From Candidatus Caldarchaeum subterraneum (GTDB taxonomy: Archaea; Thermoproteota; Nitrososphaeria_A; Caldarchaeales; Caldarchaeaceae): a stretch of 24,000 bases of DNA. This document shows positions 1-8,783 of the stretch, piece by piece; the stretch's first letter is position 1, and each line of letters starts with the position of its first letter. The position numbers were made by a program, and so were the translations under genes. The notes under the pieces were generated by a model that searched no databases, was not told the origin of the DNA, and saw only the letters and a program-made list of their open reading frames with translations. The stretch spans positions 678,800 to 702,799 of the forward strand of contig BA000048.1 in the NCBI GenBank assembly GCA_000270325.1, written 5' to 3'.

Positions 1-393
1 AACAGCTTCTACCCCAAGATAGCCCGTGTCCCCGTAGGCTCAACGGTGACATGGATTAACGAGGATGTTCTCAGCATCGGCTCGGGCGAGATAACCGGCC
101 AGCATAACGTAGCCGCCATCCAAGGCCCTGTATCCTTCGCCTCACAGCTTCTGAAAAACGCGGAGCAGTTCAGCTTCAAAATCGAGAAGGAAGGCGAATA
201 CAACTACATCTGTGGAATTCATCCATACATGAAAGGCACGTTGGTCGCCTACGCGGCTGCCGGGCTGCCTTCCTCGGCGGGCCAGGGAATCGGCTTCACC
301 TTCGACTTGACAGCCTTCATCGTCTTCTTCGGAGGACTCGGCGCGCTTAGCCTACTGGTCTACGTCGGCGAAAAAACATCCAAGAAAACATGA
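1..393 (+). CDS. Cupredoxin (plastocyanin/halocyanin-like type 1 blue copper protein), 5' end off-window, C-terminal membrane anchor
   Basis: Frame 1 is open from base 1 (NSFYPKIARVPVGSTVTWINED...), so the GTG at 46 is internal. Type 1 Cu ligand pattern: His in GQHNV, then C-x2-H-x2-M in YICGIHPYM. Hydrophobic tail FIVFFGGLGALSLLVYV. The stop overlaps the next start (ATGA at 390-393). Confidence 0.8.
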   Translation, partial: NSFYPKIARVPVGSTVTWINEDVLSIGSGEITGQHNVAAIQGPVSFASQLLKNAEQFSFKIEKEGEYNYICGIHPYMKGTLVAYAAAGLPSSAGQGIGFTFDLTAFIVFFGGLGALSLLVYVGEKTSKKT

Positions 394-980
394 AAACATC
401 CAAGCTACTGCTCCTCTACTTGTTAGTCATCACGACAGCCTTTCTACTCTCCTTCTATTTTTCACAGCGGGAGACGCCTGAAACTCTGCAGCCAGATGTC
501 TTGATGAGTGGCAGGGCCCTACCCCGCTTCATTCTGACAAACATATATGGTGAAAGAACCGCTCTCGAGTCTTTCCGAGGAAAAGTGGTGTTGATTTTCT
601 TCGGATACGCCAACTGTCCCGATGTCTGTCCACAGGCTTTGAGAAAATATGCGGAGCTTGAGCAGCTTCTCGGCCCAAAAGCATCCGAAGTAGTCTTGAT
701 CTTCATCACCACGGACCCCTTCCGCGACTCGCCTGAAACCCTTGCACACCTCGTCGAAAAATACAGTAGCAGGATAGTGGCTTTGACCGGTGAATGGGAT
801 GAGCTGGCCGAGGTGTGGCAAAAGTATCACATCAGGCCTCTCGAACGAGATGAGCAAGCCGCCTTCATAACCCATTCCGCCGTCATATACGTCGGCGACA
901 GAAACCTTGTTCTCCGAAAAATCCTCACACCAGAGATGCCCGCCGAAGCCATGCTGGAGCAGATTCTACCACTACTCTAG
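390..980 (+). CDS. SCO1/SenC family copper chaperone / thiol-disulfide oxidoreductase, N-terminal membrane anchor
   Basis: FFGYANCPDVCP (the CxxxC motif typical of SCO1/SenC) plus the downstream conserved His in ITHSAVIYV. N-terminal TM LLLLYLLVITTAFLLSF. Translationally coupled to the upstream cupredoxin. Confidence 0.85.
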   Translation: MKTSKLLLLYLLVITTAFLLSFYFSQRETPETLQPDVLMSGRALPRFILTNIYGERTALESFRGKVVLIFFGYANCPDVCPQALRKYAELEQLLGPKASEVVLIFITTDPFRDSPETLAHLVEKYSSRIVALTGEWDELAEVWQKYHIRPLERDEQAAFITHSAVIYVGDRNLVLRKILTPEMPAEAMLEQILPLL

Positions 981-1070
981 AGAACAACGAGCTTAACTAT
1001 CTCCAAAGTTCTTCTTATCTAATTTGTTCTTCTCCCACTGATTAAGATGCGGCCCTGTCTTCTCATGATG

Positions 1071-1721
1071 CTATGAGGCTTTTTCTAACCCTCTGACAAC
1101 ATATTCTAGGTCCTCTAGTGAGAGTGGCGGCAGCACACCTATGAGGTATTCCAGCCCTCCATCCCAGTATATAGCCATGGGTTGCGGGCCGAAGATACGG
1201 TTTCTTTCTTCGTCACCAAAAGGGGCTTTGGGAATTATTCTTGCATATCCATTTCCGACTTTGATCACGTATTCGTCGACGGCTGTGTTGTTCAACTGTT
1301 GTAGATATTCTTCGCTTAGGGGGAATGGGTTAGGGGATATTTCAATCGCTAGCTCTGAGTATCTGTAGTCTTTCTCACCCCTAGCACTGTAAACAACCAT
1401 AGCAACTAGTGGACAACACTTATAGTATATCGTGCTCAGGATTAGGTTTTTGGGGAGACGAGCAGGTAACACAACCTCATAACCATGTGACTTCATTGTT
1501 TGGATAAACTCATCTAACGACACCTCCTTTGCTTGCGACATAAACGCCTCATAAAGAGGTGGTTCAAAACGCGCTTTGTCCATTCCATTATCTGTTGACA
1601 GGAAAAATTGTGATAGCGTTGTTGATATGAGTAGAAACGCGGCCAATACTATAGGTATAGCGTACCTCCGCATCTTATCCACCACCATAGGCCTTGAACT
1701 CACAATTATAATTACAGTCAC
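1071..1721 (-). CDS. Hypothetical membrane-anchored protein (C-terminus reminiscent of DUF4367-type domains)
   Basis: 216-aa ORF with a single N-terminal TM (YAIPIVLAAFLLISTTL). The likely real start is an internal Met (1688 or 1673). The C-terminal pattern IYWDGGLEYLIGVLPPLSLEDLEYVVRGL resembles DUF4367-like proteins from memory only. Confidence 0.45.
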   Translation of the reverse strand: MTVIIIVSSRPMVVDKMRRYAIPIVLAAFLLISTTLSQFFLSTDNGMDKARFEPPLYEAFMSQAKEVSLDEFIQTMKSHGYEVVLPARLPKNLILSTIYYKCCPLVAMVVYSARGEKDYRYSELAIEISPNPFPLSEEYLQQLNNTAVDEYVIKVGNGYARIIPKAPFGDEERNRIFGPQPMAIYWDGGLEYLIGVLPPLSLEDLEYVVRGLEKAS

Positions 1722-1948
1722 CGCGGCGAATAGGTATTACGCTATAAGGCGGATCTGAATGGAGAATGCGGCGATTCCAGAGACCTTCACATCCTTCATC
1801 TTAAACATCCGAATCATCCTAATCAACCGTGTGTTATTGTCTATGTCGCGGGCCAGCTTGTTACAGTAACAGTAGGTTTAACATAAGAAGACTGGATCAT
1901 GTCCAACAACAAGATTCTGGCTGTGATTGGGAGGGTTTTACCTCTTCT

Positions 1949-2761
1949 TTAGAGGACCGCGAACCTCCCGGTCTTCAAGGCTCTCCTCATCAGATATTTT
2001 TCTGCGAAAACCGACAACAGGGCGGCGGCAGCGGTCGCTGCCACGGCGCCCACAAACAGCTGCGTCTCGGGCAGGTAGAAGAGTCCTGTAGCAGACGCCA
2101 CGATGGGGTGAAGTATGTAGAAGAAGGGTGAAGCCGAGACAACGGCGGCCGCCTCCGGTGGGAGTAGGTGAACCGGGATTGCGCCGCTGCTGAAGGGCAC
2201 GACAAACTGTAGAATGTTTGTCACTATCCACGGTGATTTGACGGAGAGGAGGAGTGTGGAGACTATTGATGAGAAGAAGAGGAAGAAGATGAAGGCGATG
2301 GCGAGGTAGACTGTGAAGTGCAGGGGTTTTGCGAGGGAGACGTCGGCTCCGAAGAAAAGCGATGAAAGAAGGAGAAGAGCCAATCCCCCCAAGCCTATAT
2401 CCGCTGCCGTAGCCACCGTTCTGCTGACCAAATGTATGCTGATGGGTGTCTTGGTGAGGACAAGCTGTTCAACCACACCCATCTGGGCCTCGAGTGGAAG
2501 CGAGGTCGCGTTCCACATAAACGAGGAAACAAAGATGAAGACGAAGAAGCTGTAGGAGATTGATTTCATTACCTCGGTGTCGCCGAGAAAAGACGGTGCA
2601 TACATCAGTATGGCGAGGAAGAAGAAGATTATCCAGAAGGGCCACTGAATTAGATCGGCGAGAAGCCATGTTCTCTGTCTGCTGTAGATGGTTAGGCCTC
2701 TCGCGAGCTCTGCGGCGATTTTACCAGCTGACACCCATTTTTCTGGCATAGTGGTTTTCAC
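1949..2761 (-). CDS. ABC-2 type transporter permease (second permease of operon)
   Basis: 270 aa, about 6 hydrophobic segments. Last gene of the minus-strand operon ATPase-permease-permease. Overlaps the upstream permease by 41 nt. Confidence 0.75.
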   Translation of the reverse strand: MKTTMPEKWVSAGKIAAELARGLTIYSRQRTWLLADLIQWPFWIIFFFLAILMYAPSFLGDTEVMKSISYSFFVFIFVSSFMWNATSLPLEAQMGVVEQLVLTKTPISIHLVSRTVATAADIGLGGLALLLLSSLFFGADVSLAKPLHFTVYLAIAFIFFLFFSSIVSTLLLSVKSPWIVTNILQFVVPFSSGAIPVHLLPPEAAAVVSASPFFYILHPIVASATGLFYLPETQLFVGAVAATAAAALLSVFAEKYLMRRALKTGRFAVL

Positions 2762-3494
2762 CGTATCGGTATACTGTGAGCCCCGCGACGAGGTAGAGCA
2801 TCATCAGCAGCAGTATGGGGAGCTGTGTGGGTGAGAGATTGGTCATCACGGCTGCGCGTGCTGTTTCGACGACGTGGTGGAAGGGGAGAATCATGCCTAT
2901 GAGCTGGAGAACGGGTGGGAGAAGTGTTATCGGGTATGCGAAGCCCGAGGTAGCGGCCACCACGGCTGCAACAGTGTTAGCCACGGGCTCAGGCTCCTTC
3001 GCCACAATCGTCGCCACACCTACCACAAGGTTTACACCGACAACGGGCAGCAGAGCGAAGAAGGTCACCGCAGCGGCGAGAAGAAAACCCGGTATCTTGG
3101 AGAGGCCGTAGACGATGTATGTTGCGACAAGGCCTGTGAAGACAAAGGCCAGCAGAGAGGTTAGAACATTTGCGAGGGAATGGGCTGTGAGAATGACCAG
3201 AGGGTTTACGGGAGCGGCCATCACGTATTCAAGCCTGCCGCTGGACATACCTCTCCTGAAATACCATGCCGTCGACGAGGTTAAGACGATTGACACTGTC
3301 ATCACGCCGAAGCCTATCACTTGGTAGAGCCATCTCTCCGGCGCCGCCTCACCCGTTAGAACAGTGCCCATGCCATATGTAAGCGTCGAGAAGAACAGCG
3401 GGAACACGGCGACGAAGACGAGGGGCCCCACTTCCCGCAAATAGGATTTGAGCTCTGCCTCGAATACTGCTGCGAACTGGCTGAATGTCTTCAT
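2721..3494 (-). CDS. ABC-2 type transporter permease (first permease of operon)
   Basis: 257 aa polytopic membrane protein. Its ATG overlaps the ATPase stop (ATGA at 3491-3494). Confidence 0.75.
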   Translation of the reverse strand: MKTFSQFAAVFEAELKSYLREVGPLVFVAVFPLFFSTLTYGMGTVLTGEAAPERWLYQVIGFGVMTVSIVLTSSTAWYFRRGMSSGRLEYVMAAPVNPLVILTAHSLANVLTSLLAFVFTGLVATYIVYGLSKIPGFLLAAAVTFFALLPVVGVNLVVGVATIVAKEPEPVANTVAAVVAATSGFAYPITLLPPVLQLIGMILPFHHVVETARAAVMTNLSPTQLPILLLMMLYLVAGLTVYRYGENHYARKMGVSW

Positions 3495-4435
3495 CCCGTG
3501 ACCACCTGCGCAAAAACCTCCTCGAGGCTCGGCTCATGGACTTTGACGTAGCCTATGCGGATGTCATGTGACCTGAGCTCGTCCAGTATTTCGATGAGTG
3601 TGTCGCTGGGTGAGTTGGAGACCATTTTTATCACTTTGTTTCCCCTTTCTCCGTTTTCCACAGGGTAGCTGATGTCTTGGGGGCTGTTGCCGATTATCTC
3701 GACCTCGACGATGTATGAGAGGTTGAGCTTCTCCTTCAGCTCCCTCGGTGTGCCAGACGCCGCCACCTTGCCCCTGTTTATCAACGCGACTTCTTCTGAG
3801 AGTGTCTCAACTTCCCACATGTTGTGGCTTGTCAGGAGAACTGTTTTGCCTTGGCGGGCGAGGTCTGATATTAGGGCTCTGATTTTCTTGGCTGAGAGGG
3901 GGTCGAGGCCGATGGTTGGCTCGTCGAGGAACACTGTTTCCGGGTCGTTGATGAGTGCTTTCGCTATGCTGAGCTTGGCTTTCATCCCGAGGCTGTATTC
4001 CTCGTAAAACCTGTAGCCGTCTTTCCCGAGGCCAACGGTTTCGAGAAGCTCTGCCGCACGCCTCCCCGCTTCACCTTTGTCAAAACCATAGAGACGCCCA
4101 TAGTAGACAAGGTTCTCGTAGCCGCTCAACCGCGGGTAGAAACCCTTGTCAGGGGCCAGCACAAGCCCAATAACTTCTCGAACACTGTCAGCCTCCTTAA
4201 CCACATCGAAGCCGTTGACCCACGCCTGCCCAGCGTCAGGGATGAGAAGCGTTGTCAAAATCTTGATGGTGGTTGTTTTGCCGGCGCCGTTGGGCCCTAC
4301 AAGCCCGAAAACAGAGCCTCGTCGAACCTTCAGCGAAACACCGTCAACAGCTTTGACAACCTGTTTACGCTGGGAGAAAAACCCTCTCCTCGTCTCATAC
4401 GTCTTGACCAAGCTCTCGCAAACAACAGAGTGCAT
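3491..4435 (-). CDS. ABC transporter ATP-binding protein (ABC-2/NosF/DrrA-like exporter class)
   Basis: Walker A GPNGAGKTT, signature-like LSLGMKAKLSIAKAL, Walker B VFLDEPTIGLD, H-loop LLTSHNM, and an extra C-terminal domain. Confidence 0.9.
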   Translation of the reverse strand: MHSVVCESLVKTYETRRGFFSQRKQVVKAVDGVSLKVRRGSVFGLVGPNGAGKTTTIKILTTLLIPDAGQAWVNGFDVVKEADSVREVIGLVLAPDKGFYPRLSGYENLVYYGRLYGFDKGEAGRRAAELLETVGLGKDGYRFYEEYSLGMKAKLSIAKALINDPETVFLDEPTIGLDPLSAKKIRALISDLARQGKTVLLTSHNMWEVETLSEEVALINRGKVAASGTPRELKEKLNLSYIVEVEIIGNSPQDISYPVENGERGNKVIKMVSNSPSDTLIEILDELRSHDIRIGYVKVHEPSLEEVFAQVVTG

Positions 4436-4482
4436 CCAGCCGCTTCAAAACCCTCCCCCATAAAAAACTCTTCCAACCATCA

Positions 4483-5097
4483 TCAAGTAAAAGAGTCTGA
4501 GACAACCTTTTTCAAAGCTTTTCTGAGAAGCTCCAGGTAGGATGGCGGCGTTATCCCCAAGTCTTTCGCGAGCTTGCTGAGAGGTATGGGCCGTGGGTTG
4601 TCGAAGTATCCGTTGAGGTATGAGTGGAGAAGCACCTGCTCCTGCCTCGGTGTGAGAAAATGTTTTGCACGAATTCTGCGAATGTTCTCAACCCTGAAGC
4701 GGACGCCGCTGCGTCTTAGACCGTCGACAATCTCCTGAACCTCTTTCTCATCCTGCACAAGCAGCCGAAAAACCAGCGAACCCCTCTCCACACGTATCCC
4801 CAGCACATGCATGTAGGAAAGCCCAAGCCTACTGCATGGACATTGGATAGACTCGACCAAGCCGACTCCAGAGTTTTTGCCCATGGTTTGGAAACGGGCC
4901 TTAACCACGTAGGGATGAGAAGAGACACGGGTTGACAGTATCCTTGCATCAACCTGTGACCTGAACCTCACAAAAGCGCTGGCCCCGGAGCCTTTGAAAA
5001 CAGGCCTGCAGCTCACAATTTCCACATCCGAACTCTCTTTCACCAACTCAGAAATCCAGGGACAGGTGACATGGACGCGTAAAAGCGCCTCCAACAA
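4483..5097 (-). CDS. HTH_10 (bacterio-opsin activator-type) DNA-binding regulator
   Basis: C-terminal LTPRQEQVLLHSYLNGYFDNPRPIPLSKLAKDLGITPPSYLELLRKALKKV is the classic archaeal HTH_10 module. TTG start. Divergent from the multicopper oxidase operon. Confidence 0.75.
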   Translation of the reverse strand: MLEALLRVHVTCPWISELVKESSDVEIVSCRPVFKGSGASAFVRFRSQVDARILSTRVSSHPYVVKARFQTMGKNSGVGLVESIQCPCSRLGLSYMHVLGIRVERGSLVFRLLVQDEKEVQEIVDGLRRSGVRFRVENIRRIRAKHFLTPRQEQVLLHSYLNGYFDNPRPIPLSKLAKDLGITPPSYLELLRKALKKVVSDSFT

Positions 5098-5104
5098 CTC
5101 AAAT

Positions 5105-5151
5105 ACCTAATGTATTAGGTGGTTAATTAACCGGAGCCCCGCCGCAGCGGC
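5105..5151. promoter_or_regulatory. Cluster of palindromes in the divergent HTH_10 / MCO promoter region (candidate operator plus TATA-like element)
   Basis: ACCTAAT-GT-ATTAGGT (5105-5120), immediately followed by the perfect 12-bp palindrome GGTTAATTAACC (5121-5132, AT core could be a TATA box), then GCCGC-A-GCGGC (5141-5151). Confidence 0.35.
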
Positions 5152-5187
5152 GTAGACTAAAATTCCGGTAGCCGAAAAAATCAATCA

Positions 5188-6201
5188 ATGAAAACCACCT
5201 ACATCGTTGTAGGCCTCATTGTTTCAGGGTTCTTGCTAGGGTTTGTCACAGCCCTCTTCTGGACTCCGACCGTTTTCCCCAACATCTTCGGCGCTGCACA
5301 GCAGTCCAACGTGAGAGAATACACCATAGTTATCGAGCCCGCGGACATTGAGCTTGCGCCGGGAGTTGTTTGGCATGCTTGGACCTATAACGGAACCATT
5401 CCGGGGCCGACGCTATACGCCAAGGTCGGTGACCTGATTAGGGTGAGGGCCATCAACAAGCTCAACCTAACTCACAGCCTGCATCCACACCTACCCTACT
5501 ACGACCTCCAGCACGACGGTAGCCAAGTCAACATAATCACAGGCGTCGGAAAAGGTTCAATGATTCCACCGGGAGGAGAATGGGTGTATGAATGGCCCGC
5601 GACCAAGGCAGGCATCTGGTATTATCACTGCCACTCGGCGGACGGTGGGCTGAGAATCGTGGACCACATGCTGATGGGGCTCTACGGCGCGATTATCGTC
5701 GACGAGATAGATGAGCCTCCTTCGCGCAACTTCATCGTCTTCATGGCGGAGACACCTGCTGTGAGAGGCGCTATAGTGGGCTCGGGGCAGAGGCCCTTCT
5801 ACATCATGAACGGAATGGGTGTGCCGGGTGGTGAGCCGGAGCTTGAGAAAGTCTTTGTCGGCAAGAGCACAGTGTATCCGGGGCTTAAGGGCCTTGAAGG
5901 TGTGGCGCAGCTGTTCAACAAGTCGATGCCGGTCTTCAAAGCAAAACTCGGTGAAAGACTCAGGTTCCACATTATCAACATCGGCGACCTCTACCACAGC
6001 TTCCACGCCCATGTAGGAGATCACCGCAGCCAATACGTGCTCGGCGGAAGAAGCTGGCCCGCACAAATAGTTCCACTCGTCCCAGGCGCGGCAGACACCG
6101 TAATCCTCGTCTACAACAAGCCGGGTGTCTATCTCTTCCACTGCCACGTCGTCAGCCACGCCGACGCAGGCATGATAGGCCTAATCATCATCGAAGAATA
6201 A
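5188..6201 (+). CDS. Two-domain multicopper oxidase, membrane anchored, with H-C-H motifs in both cupredoxin domains
   Basis: Domain 1: HSLHPH and YYHCHSADGGLRIVDHMLMGLYG. Domain 2: HSFHAH and LFHCHVVSHADAGMIG. N-terminal anchor IVVGLIVSGFLLGFVTALFW. About 337 aa, so two rather than three domains. Confidence 0.85.
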   Translation: MKTTYIVVGLIVSGFLLGFVTALFWTPTVFPNIFGAAQQSNVREYTIVIEPADIELAPGVVWHAWTYNGTIPGPTLYAKVGDLIRVRAINKLNLTHSLHPHLPYYDLQHDGSQVNIITGVGKGSMIPPGGEWVYEWPATKAGIWYYHCHSADGGLRIVDHMLMGLYGAIIVDEIDEPPSRNFIVFMAETPAVRGAIVGSGQRPFYIMNGMGVPGGEPELEKVFVGKSTVYPGLKGLEGVAQLFNKSMPVFKAKLGERLRFHIINIGDLYHSFHAHVGDHRSQYVLGGRSWPAQIVPLVPGAADTVILVYNKPGVYLFHCHVVSHADAGMIGLIIIEE

Positions 6202-6635
6202 TGAAGAAAGTAATCATAGCCGCTGCAGCCTTCGCATTTTTTGCAGCAGTAACATTCAACTTTTTTTCTCGAATAGAGTCAAGGCCTTTATCCACTGCCA
6301 CAGCCACCATCCACACCGTGTCGACTCCATGGACAACGACGCGGGAAACTATGGCGACAGAGGAAGTGGTTGTAGTCAATCCTCTCGGCTCAGGCTCGGA
6401 CACATCACTGTCCTTCAAGCCGCCGCGGGTGAGGGTTGTGATAGGCGTCAACAACACCGTGACATGGGTCAACGAAGACCTCGTTCCACACAAGGTCACA
6501 AGCATGGATAGAGATTTTGACTTTCTGCTTCAGCCAGGAGAGAAAATCAGCTACACATTCACGTCGCCTGGAACATATGAGTATTTTTGCACACTTCATC
6601 CATGGATGAATGGAGTGGTTGAGGTGCTGCGTTGA
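6201..6635 (+). CDS. Cupredoxin (plastocyanin-like type 1 blue copper protein) with N-terminal signal/anchor
   Basis: VTWVNEDLVPHKVTS (His ligand) and YFCTLHPWMNG (C-x2-H-x2-M). The start overlaps the MCO stop (TAATG at 6199-6203). Confidence 0.85.
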   Translation: MKKVIIAAAAFAFFAAVTFNFFSRIESRPLSTATATIHTVSTPWTTTRETMATEEVVVVNPLGSGSDTSLSFKPPRVRVVIGVNNTVTWVNEDLVPHKVTSMDRDFDFLLQPGEKISYTFTSPGTYEYFCTLHPWMNGVVEVLR

Positions 6636-7576
6636 GGCGAAGGATTTTCCTGCTGGGTGCCGCCGCGTTGTCTGCCGGGGCCCTGGTCTACCTCTTCTTG
6701 GGCAACAAGGTCGTGGGCAGTGGTGATGACGTTGTTGGGCGGCGTTGCAGCTACTGCGGCATGGAGATAAGGGATAGGAGGTTTGCCGCGGTGCTTGTTG
6801 TCAACGGTGAGAAACTGTTCTACGACGATGTTGGATGCATGATGATACATTATCTCTCAGTCGAGGGAGTCATCCCACCTGTCAGCAACGCTCCCGTGTT
6901 GGGAAAAGTGGAAAAAATCCATGTCTACGACTTTGGCTCATCAGATGAGGTTGACGGATTTTCTGCATGGTATGTTTTGGGTTCGCGTGTCGAGACGCCT
7001 ATGAGACGTGGTGTAATAGCTTTCAAATCCTTCTCGGATGCTGTGCAGTTTGCGAGAAGCGAAGGCGGTGAAGTTGTTGGATGGGATGGGGCTCTACAGA
7101 CCTTCCTCGGCGGAGACATGCACACGGACATGGAGCATGAGGGTCATGACTACTCGCATGCTTTCCACATTCCGCTCACAACCGTCGACGGAAAAACGGT
7201 GACCGTGTCAGAAATACTCAGGCAGGGCAAACCTGTTCTCCTCGTTTTCTTCGCAACATGGTGCCCCACATGCAGCAAAAACACATCAACCCTCTCAACG
7301 GCGTACAGAAAATTCCGAGGCAAAGCCCTTGTCCTTCTCTCCAGCTTCGACCCACGAGACACCTCCGAAAAAATACAACAATTCCTCAAAATCCATGGGG
7401 CCAGCGAAGAATGGATAGTGACGCAGCCAAACCTCGACTTCCTCGTCGCCCTCCGCGTAATCACTCAGGAGACAATCTTCGCCATCGCACCAAACGGAGA
7501 GATAGTGTATGAGAAGCGGTTCGGAACCTTGACCGAGGACGACTGGCTCAGTATTGTTGAGAAGCTTTCAGCTTGA
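6632..7576 (+). CDS. NosL-like copper chaperone domain fused to a thioredoxin-like (TlpA/ResA-type) domain, twin-arginine-like signal
   Basis: N-terminal MRRRIFLLGAAALSAGA. NosL-type pattern CSYCGMEIRDRRFAAVLVVNGEKLFYDDVGCMM. C-terminal FFATWCPTCSKN (CxxC thioredoxin fold). The TTG start overlaps the upstream stop. Confidence 0.75.
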   Translation: MRRRIFLLGAAALSAGALVYLFLGNKVVGSGDDVVGRRCSYCGMEIRDRRFAAVLVVNGEKLFYDDVGCMMIHYLSVEGVIPPVSNAPVLGKVEKIHVYDFGSSDEVDGFSAWYVLGSRVETPMRRGVIAFKSFSDAVQFARSEGGEVVGWDGALQTFLGGDMHTDMEHEGHDYSHAFHIPLTTVDGKTVTVSEILRQGKPVLLVFFATWCPTCSKNTSTLSTAYRKFRGKALVLLSSFDPRDTSEKIQQFLKIHGASEEWIVTQPNLDFLVALRVITQETIFAIAPNGEIVYEKRFGTLTEDDWLSIVEKLSA

Positions 7577-8039
7577 CGAGGTTTGTTCTGCCACGTCGAG
7601 TGACTTCCACAACTTCTCTGCGGCGGAGCGATGCGACTATGCGATGGGTTTTGATGCGTGAAATTCCAAGAGCCCGTGATATGTCTCTCTGCTCAACAAC
7701 GCCGTTGCTGCGCCTCAGCAAATCAACCACGGCCCTCTCCTCTGATGTAAGCCCCGCAACCACGGGCACGTCTCTGGCCGACAGATAGAGCACAACAGGT
7801 AATGCGATGAGGAGCAGCGCCCCAGCCAACAGCGGCAGATAAACCCACCACATCATACCCAACATAGACATCCCCATCATTTCCCGCATCATCCCACTCA
7901 TCGCAACATCATGCTGCCAAACGCTCACCAGCACAACTGTTAGAAGTAAAACCCCAGACACAGCCGAGAAAACCAGCAAAACACGGTTGAAAACCAACCC
8001 CAACCCAAAAAAAGCCGTTCCATGTTTTAAGTTTTTCAA
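7548..8039 (-). CDS. Membrane-tethered winged-helix transcription regulator with Met-rich extracytoplasmic loop
   Basis: Two TM segments flank HDVAMSGMMREMMGMSMLGMMWW. C-terminal wHTH: RAVVDLLRRSNGVVEQRDISRALGISRIKTHRIVASLRRREVVEV. TTG start at 8039. The 3' end overlaps the convergent NosL-Trx gene by 29 nt. Confidence 0.7.
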   Translation of the reverse strand: MKNLKHGTAFFGLGLVFNRVLLVFSAVSGVLLLTVVLVSVWQHDVAMSGMMREMMGMSMLGMMWWVYLPLLAGALLLIALPVVLYLSARDVPVVAGLTSEERAVVDLLRRSNGVVEQRDISRALGISRIKTHRIVASLRRREVVEVTRRGRTNLVKLKASQQY

Positions 8040-8059
8040 ACTGTTTCACGACTGTTTCA
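8040..8059. promoter_or_regulatory. Tandem direct repeat ACTGTTTCA-CG-ACTGTTTCA in the divergent regulator / PepSY-operon intergenic region (candidate operator)
   Basis: Two exact 9-mers at 8040-8048 and 8051-8059, one helical turn apart, between two divergent starts, followed by the AT-rich AAGATAATCTTA. Confidence 0.3.
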
Positions 8060-8069
8060 AGATAATCTT

Positions 8070-8783
8070 ATGCCTATCCAGGAGATACATTTAGACATGA
8101 GAAGCGTTGTTTTAACGATTGTTTTGCTGTCTTCCGCCACGTTGGCCGCCTTGGTGGCTGCCTACGCGTGGATGCAACAGCCTCCTAACAGCTACATGTA
8201 TGGCGGCGGGATGCATGGTGGAATGATGGGCGGCTGTCCATGCACAGGCTGGTATGGTGGGCAGGCTTCTCCGACGGGTCAAAGAATATCCATGCAGCAG
8301 GCTGAGGAGATATTGGAGAGGTATGTAGCGGGCCTCGGACAGGGCTTCAAGCTGAAGGAGGTGATGGAGTTTCAGCAAAACTTCTACGCCATCGTCGTCG
8401 AGGCGGACACGGGGATAGGAGCCTTCGAGCTCCTCGTAAACCCCTACACAGGCACAGTCCATCCGGAGCCGGGGCCCAACATGATGTGGAACACAAAATA
8501 CGGAATGCATCAGGGCATGATGGGGCGCTACATCCAGCCAACCGCGGACATGCCCATAACCCCTGAGCAGGCCGAGGAGATTGCACTCAACTACCTGCGA
8601 AACCTTTTCCGAGGCGCTGTTGAGGTTGAGGAGCCGACGAGGTTCTACGGCTACTACACCATGGACTACAAACTCGACGGAAACATGCACGGTATGCTGA
8701 GCGTAAACGGTTTCACGGGACAGGTATGGTACCATGGATGGCATGGAGCATTTATTCAAGAAATAGAGTTAGGTGAGGATTAG
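8070..8783 (+). CDS. Secreted/anchored protein with two PepSY-like domains and an N-terminal Met/Gly/His-rich, CPC-containing segment
   Basis: The signal anchor MRSVVLTIVLLSSATLAALVAAYAW suggests the true start may be 8097. Met-rich segment: YMYGGGMHGGMMGGCPCTGWYGG. Two modules fit the PepSY pattern: ISMQQAEEILERYV...VNPYTGTV and ITPEQAEEIALNYL...VNGFTGQV. Confidence 0.65.
   Translation: MPIQEIHLDMRSVVLTIVLLSSATLAALVAAYAWMQQPPNSYMYGGGMHGGMMGGCPCTGWYGGQASPTGQRISMQQAEEILERYVAGLGQGFKLKEVMEFQQNFYAIVVEADTGIGAFELLVNPYTGTVHPEPGPNMMWNTKYGMHQGMMGRYIQPTADMPITPEQAEEIALNYLRNLFRGAVEVEEPTRFYGYYTMDYKLDGNMHGMLSVNGFTGQVWYHGWHGAFIQEIELGED

Noticed and set aside
8112-8759. 215-aa ORF antisense to the PepSY gene, and the other nested ORFs (8347-8586, 8780-9007, 8876-9181)
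   Set aside because: No recognisable motifs and His/Arg/Leu-rich shadow composition, whereas the sense frames have signal anchors and domain patterns.
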